Source of the DNA: Asterias rubens
Taxonomy: Eukaryota
Length of the DNA stretch: 64,000 nucleotides
Direction of reading: 5' to 3'
Assembly: GCF_902459465.1 (NCBI RefSeq)
Contig: NC_047070.1
Location: 18,290,001-18,354,000, forward strand
Shown here: positions 50,496-62,400 of the stretch, piece after piece
Position numbering within the stretch: the first letter of the stretch is position 1
Layout: each line of letters opens with the position of its first letter
Made by a program: the position numbers and the translations under genes
The notes under the pieces: generated by a model
Told to the model about the DNA's origin: nothing
Database searches by the model: none
Seen by the model: the letters and a program-made list of their open reading frames with translations, nothing else

Positions 50496-53400
50496 TTACA
50501 TACCTTGTTTCTCCAGCCACTTGCCGACGCTATCCAAGTCCAACAAGTATGACTGGTGGTACACATCCTCACTCGCAGCTCTCAATGAGGAGTTTTTCCA
50601 CTTGATGGGCGGAGTCGACTCCTCCAAGTAGCTATCAACCAACCTCAAGATATTCCTCGGACCTGCAGAGTTTGGCGCCAACACAAGATCGTTATTGATG
50701 AAGCTCAGCTTTACAGTGCAGGTGCTTCGTTGCTTGTGTTTGGCGACAATTTCGAGTGTGTGGGCGTCCGTTAGGAAGCTTTCCATCGTAAGATTCACCT
50801 CCCCGGCTGTTAAATCAAACAAGAGGCACGCTTCGTGGTATTTCTGGTCTTTCTTGAACTTAATGTAGATGCCATTGTTGAAGCCACGTGTGTGAAGTTG
50901 ACGAGCATATTGCTGTTTGTAATCGGTGCCGGTGTTCCATAGGACACTGATCAGCAAGCGATAGTTGCGCTTTTCTAGCGTCATCGCTCGCTCTGTCTGC
51001 ATCTCCTGGTAGATTGAGAAGTACGCCTTGTTGCGACTGTCAAGGGACGCGAAAAGCACTTGGTTGAACAATGAAGTATATCGTTCATCTGTATTAGAAG
51101 GAAAATAAAGGTCAACTGATAAAGAGTTTGGTTTTGGATCAGATTGTGTAAGCAATAATTTAACAGGGAATGGCGTAATTGGTGGTGAAAGTATTTGTAA
51201 CTACAACAAACCAAGTCAAGCCAACATTTGATTAAAGGCTATATACAACAAATAGTCATAAGAAAAGGAAATAGAAACTTATACCAGTAAATTTAGCCTA
51301 TCCAGGCCACTATTGGATTAAAGACTCTAGACACTAAATAGTAATAAAAAAAGGGAAAATAAATTGTTACCAGTAAACAAAGCTTAGCCAGCTCTAGAAA
51401 CTAAATAGTAATAATATTAAAGGAAATAGAAACTGATACAAGTAAACGATACCTAGCCAAGTCAACATAGGTTTAAAGACTCGGACACTCAATAGTATTA
51501 TAAAGGGAAATGAAACTGATATATTTAAAATAAGCTTAGCCAGGACATCACTAGATCAAGGACTCTGGACACAAATAGGCCTGGAGTAGAAACTGATACA
51601 AGTAAACTAGATTAAAGACTCTAGAAACTAAATCCCAATAATATAAAAGGAGATAGACATTTATACAAGTAAACTATTCCTAGCTAGGCCCATATTAGAT
51701 TAAAGACTCAAGACACTAAATAGTTATATAAAAGAAATACAAACTTTTACAAGCAAACATTAGCCTAGCCAGGTCAATGTAAGATTAAAGACACTAAAAT
51801 AGTAATATAAAAGGAATGGAAATAGGAACGTATTCTGCTCAGCAGAAAACTTTACACAATATTTTTTTAATTTTATATTACTGATACTGAGAGAGCTGAA
51901 GCCATACCCAAAGCCAAAATTTCATTAACAAGTCAAAATCAAAAACACATTTCTAGCCAAAGTCTGACACCCCGCAGGGATACTCACAATGGTTCTGTTT
52001 ATGAAGATGCTTCAAGGGGACCAGACTCTGCGAGAAGGCTGACTTATCAACACACAATCTTACAAGCTGTTCCAACTTCTTGCAGCTGAGATGGAACAGT
52101 GGATTGTGACTGCCTTCATCTTCTTCATCAATTGAAACATTGATGTTTGGATCTAGAATTGACAGAGAAAAAAAAATAAAGAAAAAAAAATAAACCACAT
52201 AGGAAACTGACTGGGTAAGTTTCAAATAAATTTAATTTGTTTTTTTTTAGACAAAGATAAATTGGCTTGAGTGGGACTAAAACCTATGACCTCCAACTTG
52301 GTGTAATCTATGGCAGTTACACCTTGAATGGCTTGCACCCACGAACGAAGATATTGACAAAATAGGCAGACCGCCAACATTAGGGTTAGGTAGCTCAGTT
52401 GGTAGAGTGCAGGCAGGTTTAATCCAGTGGTCGCTGGCTAGTCAGTTTTTCTTTTGTTCAACCCAAAATTAGATTTCTATTTCCTCACCTGCCAATAACT
52501 GCGTTGCATATTTCGGCTCTCGGACCTCGAGGCACACCTGGGACACCAAGGCAACCCACACCTCCGAGACGTCCCAGTTGAAGAGCTTCAACTTGGGATG
52601 CGGGACCAGGATGTCGGAACCGAGCTCCTGCAGGTATGGGAAGTGGTTGGTAGAGAGGCAGTCCAGGATGTAGAAGGCCTGTTGCCATTGATGGGTGGAG
52701 CAGCACATTGCTAGGCAGTTGATACCAAGACGGGAGAGGACACGAACGAGGTTCACTGTGGCAAGAGTGACAAGTTGGAAGTCAGAAGAAAAACAATTTG
52801 GTATTCAGTGGATGAGGTGGTCTTTTCCAAAACAGTTTTTCTCTAGTCTCCAATGGCAAAAGAATCAGAATATCAAAACCTTGGCTTGTCTGGCTGTTTT
52901 TAACAAGCTTCTGCTTATTTCCAAACAACCCTATTCTCTTTTAATTACATTTATGTTTACTGTTACTTAATGTTATTTTTGAAATTTAAATTGAATTGGG
53001 GGAGTTTTTTTTTTTATACATCACTTTGGGTAGTAAAATAGCCTGCTAATATTATTGTTGTTGCAATTTTAGAAATCCTTGTGACAGAGGGTGGGATAGG
53101 TCGGAGAGAATACACAAACACTGAAACTCCAGTTCCTAACCATCCTTGAAGTGCCGACTGAAAACAGTCACAAAATTGTTGAATTTGGAGCCAGCCATGT
53201 CGGCAGGCTCAACAAGCTTCTTCATCAATTCCTGGATGACCGGTTTAGCCCTGGCCACATCCGGCCGTCGTTGACAGAGATCCAAGAGGGTGTCTCTGGT
53301 GTCCTTCCACATGGTACACTGCTGGATGGAGAAAGATGCCTCAAAGACCTCACTTGGGCACTTCTTACTGTCCGAGTCCATCAGTTTTCTGGCCGGATCG

Positions 53401-56400
53401 ACGGTGCTGCTGGCAAAATGTTTTGAAGACAAGGTAAAAAAGACTGCTGATTATCAAGTATAGAAAAAATAACTTTTATTCCAACCTCGAGTTTACTTTA
53501 CACTAGCAATAAAATCATTAAATGACAGCACAACAATAAAACTAACTTGATAATTCAGGAAACTTACTTGTTGTTTTCAAAGTCTATCTCCATAGTTGAT
53601 GTTTCTTGTACATTCTGGGTTTCATTCAGCTTGTTGAGGTCAAAAGAAAAAGTATTAATAAAACCAAAACAAATATTGCTACCGTACTTCACAAAATTCA
53701 CAATTTGTCAATGAAAGTAAAACTACAAATTGAACCAATACTTCTAAAATTTGTTTCGAGTTTTTTTTTTTCTTTTCGGTTCTTGTTAATTATTTTTTGG
53801 TTGTACAATTTTTGTCATGATGTATGTTTTTATTGGTTGAACACTTACTGCAGTCACAAGTGTTTGAAGAGTGTTGAGATCGTTTTCCTTCTGCAAAGAC
53901 GTCTTGATGCCATTGATAATGTCTGGGGAAGGCTGGGAAAAGACATGGCCAAAGGATTCAGAGATATTGATTTATAGATTGGTTGAATTTATTCGGATAA
54001 AACTAGGCCGAAAAGACAATAAGAAGTACATGCAAGATGAACCAAAGTAGAACACAGAAGAAAGCTGCACAAAATTATCCAAGAATAACCCCCAAAAGCA
54101 GTAACTTACACTTATTTAAATTGGCAAACAAATGGCAAAAACACCAACAAGAAATGGAAATAACAAAAACAGACAAATAAATCAGTGTATTGGTAAAAAA
54201 CCAAAATTCATAAAAACAGACAAAGTTACACAAGAGCAAAAAGATGAATAGCGGAAAACAAAGCAAGAAAACACAAACAAAATAAATAAGGTAATACAAG
54301 GTAAAAGCTTTTGCAACTTGATGTTATCACCAGTGTGGTTTCATTTGAAACTTACCAAACAATTGAAAGCTTTCCTCTTGATGATCCCCATGACTAGGTC
54401 ACACAGAGGGTGGATGTGGTTCAGCTCAAGAAGCATTCTCCCCATTCGATTAATTAATGCCATGTTCATATCAGTCATGTTGGGCTTCATCGGTAATAGA
54501 TTATTGAACACATTCATTGCCCTGAGAACATACAATTATTATTAATATTATCTATAATAATAATAATAATAATTTATTGATCTTATCTTGCGCTCTCTCC
54601 AGGACCAGCCTGTTCGAGGGCGCATGACAGTAAAAATTAAGAAAATGACATACAGTAAGTGAAAAGTTTAAAAAGTACACCCGTAAAAATATATAAGCAA
54701 AGTAGATAAACAAGTTTACAAGCAAAAAAGAGCATTAACACCATAAAAAAAAAAAAGGCTGTGAAAACAAAATTCGGCCATTTCACAAACTACAATAATA
54801 TAAAATATTTGCGAACAAAAGTATAGCTATAGGAAAAAATAAATAAAACATGTTGTACAGAACTACATTCAGGCATACAGGCTAAATAGAAAGTAAAGCA
54901 CAGGTCCCAAGTGAAGATGACTGACACCAAGGTTTGGTTACTACAAGGAACATGTGAAGAATAGATGAGAGATGGGGGTAGATTGGTAAAGACAGGAAAT
55001 GGGGTGAGAGAGGGAACAGCGGGGAATTAGGAACAGAGAAAACCAATTTCAAGCTGGCCAGGATTAACAGTCAATCAAAAAAGCTGTTAGCAAGATCAAG
55101 GCCCAATTTCATGGCTCTGCTTACATAAGCAAGAAATTGGCACATCAAAGGGAGGGGGGAATTTTTCCCTTACGTTAAGCATGTTTCATAGCTTAGCAGG
55201 GAATTTTTGCTTGTGCCTGTGCATACTCCAAGTAACTAGGCATTTTTCGCTAGCAAAATTTCAGTGCTTGCCCAGTAAGCAAAGAATGGTGCTCACAAGC
55301 ACAGAGTTCAGCTGTGAGCACAGTCATGAATTTGGGTCTAAGATGGTTGCCAAGGGGGTCCCAGAACTTGGAGTCATTTAATTTACTAAAGCGTCAACTT
55401 TGATTTTTCCAGTTTAACTAGGACAAAATCACTCACTTTGAGGGAAATATTAGTTGCCTCTTGAGATTGTTTTGTAAGAAGTAGGACTGCTTATAATTTT
55501 TTAAAATTTATTTTGTTTATACCCTTAAAGAGTTTTATTCCAATTTCTTATATAACATATACATAACCACACAAACCATTTGTTAAACCAAGCTATTTTT
55601 AGAACAGTATGTAAAGAAGTATGGCAAATGAAAAAAGTTATAAAGTTGACTTACATGAGGTGGAAGGTTGCTGGGTCGCCAGTTTGGCCATCCTGCAGGA
55701 GATGTTTGATGAGCAACATACACTGGGCTGTACAGTCGTACTGAGGGATGTGGGAGATCTCCTCAAGAATGCAATAAGCAACCTGGGAAGAACAAAGCTT
55801 TTCAATCATTTGCCATCCCATTTGAATAGTGCATAAAATACTGGAAAAACAGTTATCTTATGTGATAAAATGAACGAGCAAATTTGCAGGAAAAAAGTTA
55901 TAATAAACAGATTAAGAATGCTTAGGAAAAATACAATTGCTTTTTAATATTATAATTACTTACAGACCACTTGGCAGGATCTCTTACGTTCTGTCCACAA
56001 CATCCATGTAAGATCTGCACCATCAGGGGCAGGCTGGAGGCACGTGGAAGACCAGTCCTCTGGAACTCCTGCCAGGCTTTACTAACATGCCCCCAGCGAG
56101 AGAGGTCTAGGATGAAGTCCACGGCGTTCTTTGAGGTTAGAAGGTTCTGAGAGACTCCCCTGTACTGGGGGTTGTAAAACTGCGGAGGTGCTTGTGGGTG
56201 CGGGTAGTGACTAAGGGTGCTGGGGTGCATTAAGGCTGAATGGGGGACAGCAGAACCTTCATATAATTGGGTATGAGGCTGGAACTCAGAAACCGGGTGT
56301 TGGGGATAGTGGGACGCTGGAGGAGGAGGAGGAGGAGGAGGAGGGGGAGGGGATGGGTAAGGGGATGGAGTATGGATGTTGGATTGTTGGGTTCCAATGT

Positions 56401-59400
56401 AACTAGGATGATTTGACATCATGACTTGTCCCATAATTCGACTACCAGTAGATGGTGGTTTGTTTGCTTGTTGTCCATTGTTGTCCCCCTGTAGAGGAAC
56501 AATAACATTGATTATCTTATGTAGTCCTGGCTGATTTCCTACCTTCAACCAAGGTAGCAGTTACTAACCAGGACAGTTCTTTTCAGAACTGAGTAGTCTC
56601 CCAAATTCTGAACATCTCCTCCGCGGTAGAAGAGAAGTCTCCTGAATTCCCAAAAATTTGCTATAGAATTATATAGCAAGACATTATCTCCAATAAGAAC
56701 ACATGGTGATAACACAAACCAAAACTACTAAAGAAAGCTTAAAGGGGTTGGGTATTTTTTGTAGGACAAAAAACACAATGTCCACAGATTTACATTAAAC
56801 TAACACGGTTTGACGGTTGCTGCCATCACCAACACCTACATTAAGATACCAACCAAACCATTATAGCTATACATACCTGACAGGACTTTGGTGCTTCAAG
56901 TAGAGCATGCCTGAACATGCATCTCTGGCGTCGGCAATGACCAGTACGTACATATTCAAAGCAGTACCCCTTTGGTATGACCTACAAAAACACCAAGTAT
57001 TAATTCATAATCACTAAAAGCTTTTTCAAGATAAGTGTTTACTCCTTAGATCTAACAAAGAGTTTTCAGTCCTTGAGTCTTTGAGGTGTCGTGGACTCAG
57101 TGTCATAATAACACCCTGGGCCCAACTTAATAAAGCGTGTTAGCACAATAGCTTGCTAAGCTGAGAAAAGTAAAGCTTCACAAAAACAGGTTACCAGCCA
57201 AATTACATTAAGTTTACATTGTTGTGAGTGGTGCCCCACTCAATATTTGCTTAGCAGATAAATTTGTCAATCATTTTTTTCTGGTTAACAGCTTCATGTA
57301 ATAGGGTCCAGGTTTTGAACCAAGTACCTTCACGCCTAGAGCACAGAACTGTTCCACTAGGCCACTGCTAATGGGATAGAAACCTTCAAGGTCAATGTAA
57401 GGTTTATTCATAAGAACCTAAAAGTTCTTTAGGTAAGTGCTCACATTACAGTATGAAAAATACTTAACTAATAGCATTAGTACTAATATAGAATAAAACA
57501 ACCACTTGCCTGATTTGCCATTGCTAAGCCTGTCCAAGGCGCTGCTTGGGGCTGGTTGATGCCCAAAATCTTCCCCTCAATATTCCTGTTCACCCTGCCT
57601 GCACTGGAGATGGAACAGTCCCCACCAGTAAGGCTGTTGATTGGCTGATACTGTGAAACTTCGGACCAGTCCACTGTTTGGAGGGAAGCATTTCCATTGA
57701 TGGGCCTCACTGAGTCACTGTCAGCGTTGTTAGTCCCCTGCCGAGAATTGGCGTGTCGTGACGAATAACCACCCGCTTGTCTCTTCTCTGATTGGCTGGT
57801 TGGAGGGGGGGGGGGGGAAAGGTTAACAAAAACATTACTTTTAAAAGGTCCAATGTTTAGGAATTAGATTCACTCATATGATTGGAAGAGGGGCTCCAAG
57901 AAAACTGGGAACTCAAAAACACTCAAGTTGTCATAACTCACCCCATCTGTTTGTCTATCTCAAGAAGCTCATCACCGAAGTCATCCAGGAACCCCGGTGA
58001 GTCACAGAGTAAGGACAGGCAATCCTCCTCGGGAAACTCAAAACTATCCACCAGGGGAGACAGAATAATGTCCCCTAGGCCAATGGACAAATCCTGCGGA
58101 TCCTCTTCATAGTTTGCCGCTGCAGGATCAACTTGAATAAAATGAACAATAGAATATTAATTTTGGTTTAACCCATATACATCGATGTTTGTTAGCACTG
58201 TATATTCAGTACCTTGAAAGATACACAGGCATTTTTCACAGAGCTCTGGAACGTATTGAGCATACATTGCTAACACACATCAGTGTATACGGGTAAAACC
58301 AAAATTAATATTCTTTATCCCCAATGCAAAGCTCCATCCATTATTGTACTTTTGTAACAGAAAATTATAATGAAGAATGTAATGATAATGATTACCTTCA
58401 ATTGAGTAAAAACTCAATACAAATTGTTTCATAATGTTAAAAAAACAAAAAAATATACAGTTTACTATCCCCTTGGAATCAAAACAGTACAGTGACATCA
58501 GACTACGTACTTGATCTAAGCAAGACAACGAAAAATGTATAGCCATGAAGATTTTTTTTTAAACTGGTACCCATTTATCTAGTTTAATGCTTCCATCTGA
58601 ACTACTGTGTAAAACGATGCCCTCCAGCTTTTACAAACAATCCTTGTACCAATTAACAGAAGTAAAAATGCATCAGTTACAGACAGAAAAAGACTGCAAC
58701 AGCTGGATAGAAGACAACACAGAACAATGTATCACAAAGGGAAATGAGTAGAAAAGATTACCTGGTCTTGGACTTTCTGAAATTTGTTGGAACGGAGGAG
58801 AACTTGCATGGTACTGCTGCAACACCTCTCGTCCCAGATCAGGCATAGATAAAGCTGTTTGGGATGAGGGAGGGGTACTTCCTTTAGATGCAGTCTCGCA
58901 AGAAGCTGGTACGGAAGCACAGTTCTTAACAGGCAATATCTCCTCAGACTTGCTTTCTAATCGGGAAGGTGCAAGTCTATTGCTTTCTTTATCCAGCGCA
59001 TTAGAAAGTGCCTGTTTTGCAGTCTCAACTTGCTCTTGGTTCATCAGAAGATCTTGACCACTGATCCGTTGCTCAGGATTCAAGAAAGGACTTCGACCAT
59101 CAACCTGTTGTGTTGGGTTAAGCAGAGGAACTTGAACCTCAGCTTGCTGTGCTGGGCTCAATACATGATCTTGACATCCATTTAGCTGCTCTGGGATCAA
59201 CAAAGGAGTTTGACTGCCAACCTGCTGGTCTGGACTCAACAAAGGAGTTTGACCACCAACCTGCTGCTCTGGGCTCAACAAAGGAGTTTGACCACCAACC
59301 TGCTGCTCGGTTCTTAACAAGGGAGTTTGACGACCAACCTGCTGCTCTGGGCTCAACGACGGAGTTTGACCACCCACATGCTGCTCTGGGCTCAACAAAG

Positions 59401-62400
59401 GAGTTTGACTGCAAACCTGCTGCTTTGGACTCAACAAGGGTGTTTGACCACCAACCTGCTGCTCTGGACTCAACAAAGAAGTTTGACCATCAACCTGCTG
59501 CTCTGGGCTCAACAAGGGATTTTGCCCGCCAACATGCTGCTCTGGGCTCAACAAGAGAGATGGACCGTCAACCTGCTTCTCTGGGCTCAACAACGGAGTT
59601 TGACCGCCAACCTGCTGCTCTGGGCTCAACATGGGAGATTGACCGTCAACCTGCTGCTCTGGACTCAACAAGGGAGTTTGACCGCCAACCTGCTGCTCTG
59701 GACTCAACAAGGGAGTTTGACCGCCAACCTGCTGCTCTGGGCTCAATAAGGGCGCTTGACCATCAACCTGCTGCTCTTGGTTCAACAACGGAATTTGACC
59801 ACCAACCTGTGGCTCTGGACTCAATAAGGGCAATTGGCCATCACCCAGCTGCTCTGGGCTCAACAAGGGTGTTTGAATATCATTGTGACCTCTAATCATT
59901 TCTTCTTGGCTAAACAGGCCCGACTGACCGCCAGTCTGCTGTAATGACGATGCTTGACCATCTACTTGTTCTGGGCTCAACAGATGAGTTTGACCACCAA
60001 CATGCTGCTCTGTGCTCAATGAAAATGTTTGCCAATCAACAAATGGCTCTTGAGAACTAGGAGGACTTGGACCATTACACTTCTGCTCTTGATTCAACAA
60101 AAAAGATCCATTTGAACCTTCCATGAAGGCATTACCTGTAGAAAGTACCAAATAAACTTGATAAAACTATGTGGCATTACTCAAAATTTAGAAAACTATT
60201 TCCCAGAACCCATCACAGTCTTTGGTGCGTTTTGGCGGTCCAATAAATGTTTCAGTTGATTTAACTATTGATTAATGACTAGCCATTGACCAAATCAGTT
60301 GGTTGGTTACAGCAGCAAAACTGCCGCCCCCCCCCTGATGCTGGCAGGTACTTGAATCTACAGGGAAAGAGTATTTAGTGGACAAATAGTTCTTAAAGGA
60401 TTGCAAAGTGACCTCAATTATAACATGTAAAAATAATTTTTTTACCTTGACTTTTAGAGTCTAATCTGTCATCATCTGAAGTGGTATCAGTTGAGCGCGA
60501 TGCCCTCCACATACTTCTAGACGATACCATATCATCGGAACAGCCGGTGAAAATGGGCGTACATCTTGCTCTGGCTTCCCCACCGGTGACCGGGATCCGT
60601 GGGAGTGTACGGAGCATATCCAGGGTGGACTGGCGGCTGCTGAACGATGGCATCATGTCCACTGGAGTGACGACTACTCTGACGGACGGTGACGCAATGA
60701 AGAAAGTGTCACTGCCGCAGATGTCCTCAGAGGAGCTCATCTCAACTGTGCTGCTGGCCACTTCCATTGATTCATACTCACTCAATAAGATGCTAACTGT
60801 AAGACACAAGACACATAATAAATACAAGGGTCACTTTCCATTTGAAAACATGACCATTACAAGAAGCTATTACAAATCAACAAAGAAAACCTTAAGTCTT
60901 AACCTCCGTTTTAAGTTAATTTTGAACAATAAAGAATCTGGCTTACTGTCATTCATTTTATTATTTAACCTATGATAATGGACCCAAAAGATTTTGTTTT
61001 AAATTTTTGTTTCAAACGTATTTTAAAAAAATCGAATTGAGCATCTTTACCAAATTTAGACACATTAAGCTACAAAATTTGTTCAGAAAAGCAGATGTAA
61101 AATACCTCAGTTATTGTCACTTGACTTTTAAAAGTTAATTTTGATTGCATAAGAATATAAACAATATCAAACAAACAATTTTGAGTCCAGAACTACAGCC
61201 GACGAACAAAGAACTGTTTTCATGAAAATGAATAAAGAACTGTTTTCATAAAAATTCCATCAAACCTTGGTTTTCCAGTTCGCTGTCAATATCCATAGCA
61301 GTTGCAGAATCAGCAGTTGATGTATTAACCTCCAACCCACATGAGGAAAGCTTAGTGGAAGGTCTGATGTTGGACTTCCCAGATCCTTGAAGTGCCCTTG
61401 GAACGAAGCAGCCTTCATACCTTGGGGTCACAGGCAGGTCGTCTGTTGAGACAACTTCAACAGTGTGGGCAACCTCCGGGGCCTCCACAATCTCAATAGG
61501 AGGGGCTGATAAGTTGGTAAGAAAAGAAGGTTTTTATTTAATAGATGTGAAACTTGCATTGGGGATAAAGAATATTAATTTTAACCTATACTGGTGTGTG
61601 TTAGCACATGTCTTTAAGAGCAGGGGGATAAACCCAAATCAACTGTCTTTTCAATTTCTTAAGTTCATATTTTAACTATTATTTAATATATGCATTATTC
61701 TCTAAATATGTGCGTTTTAAGACTAACTTTCTTTGTAATTGTTTGAACCAGTGAAGCATCTATTTGACAGCAGTATTTTTTGTTATAAATCCTTTCAAAT
61801 CCTGTATAATAACTTTGAAGAGAAAATGTTTGCAAATATGCTTTAAAGGTAAGGTACATGATTGGTAATTATCAGAGACCAGTGTTCTCACTTGGTGTAT
61901 CCCATCATAAGAATTTATAAAGAAACAAGCCTGTGAAAATTTGGGCTCAATTGGTCATCGAAGTTGCGAGAAAATGATGAAAGAAAAAACACCCTTGTTG
62001 GACGAATACAATATGTGCTTTCAGATAAGAATAAAAGACTTCTAGCTAGAAGTCTTTTATTATTTTAGTCAGAAATTATCTCTTTCTCAAAAACTACGTT
62101 ACTTCAGAGGGAGTCGTTTCCCACAATGTTTTTTTTACTAACAACAGCTCTCCAATGCTCATTACCAAGTCAGTTTTTAGGTTATTATTTTTACCTTTCC
62201 TTTAAAGGCACTGGACACTATTAATAATTACTCAAAATAATTGTAAGCATAAAATGTTACTTGATGAAGAGCTGTTGAAAGTATAAAACATTGTAAGAAA
62301 AGGCTCCCTCTGAAGTAAATTAGTTTTTGATAAAGAGGTAATTTTTCACTCAAATATTAAAAGACTTCAGACCCGAAGCCTTTTATATGCATATGAAAGC

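Noticed and set aside
59149-59895. 248-aa antisense ORF (PAALGSTKEFDHQ repeats) and other overlapping frames
   Set aside because: A 39-bp unit with no stop codon on the opposite strand keeps these frames open automatically; there is no independent start or splice support.
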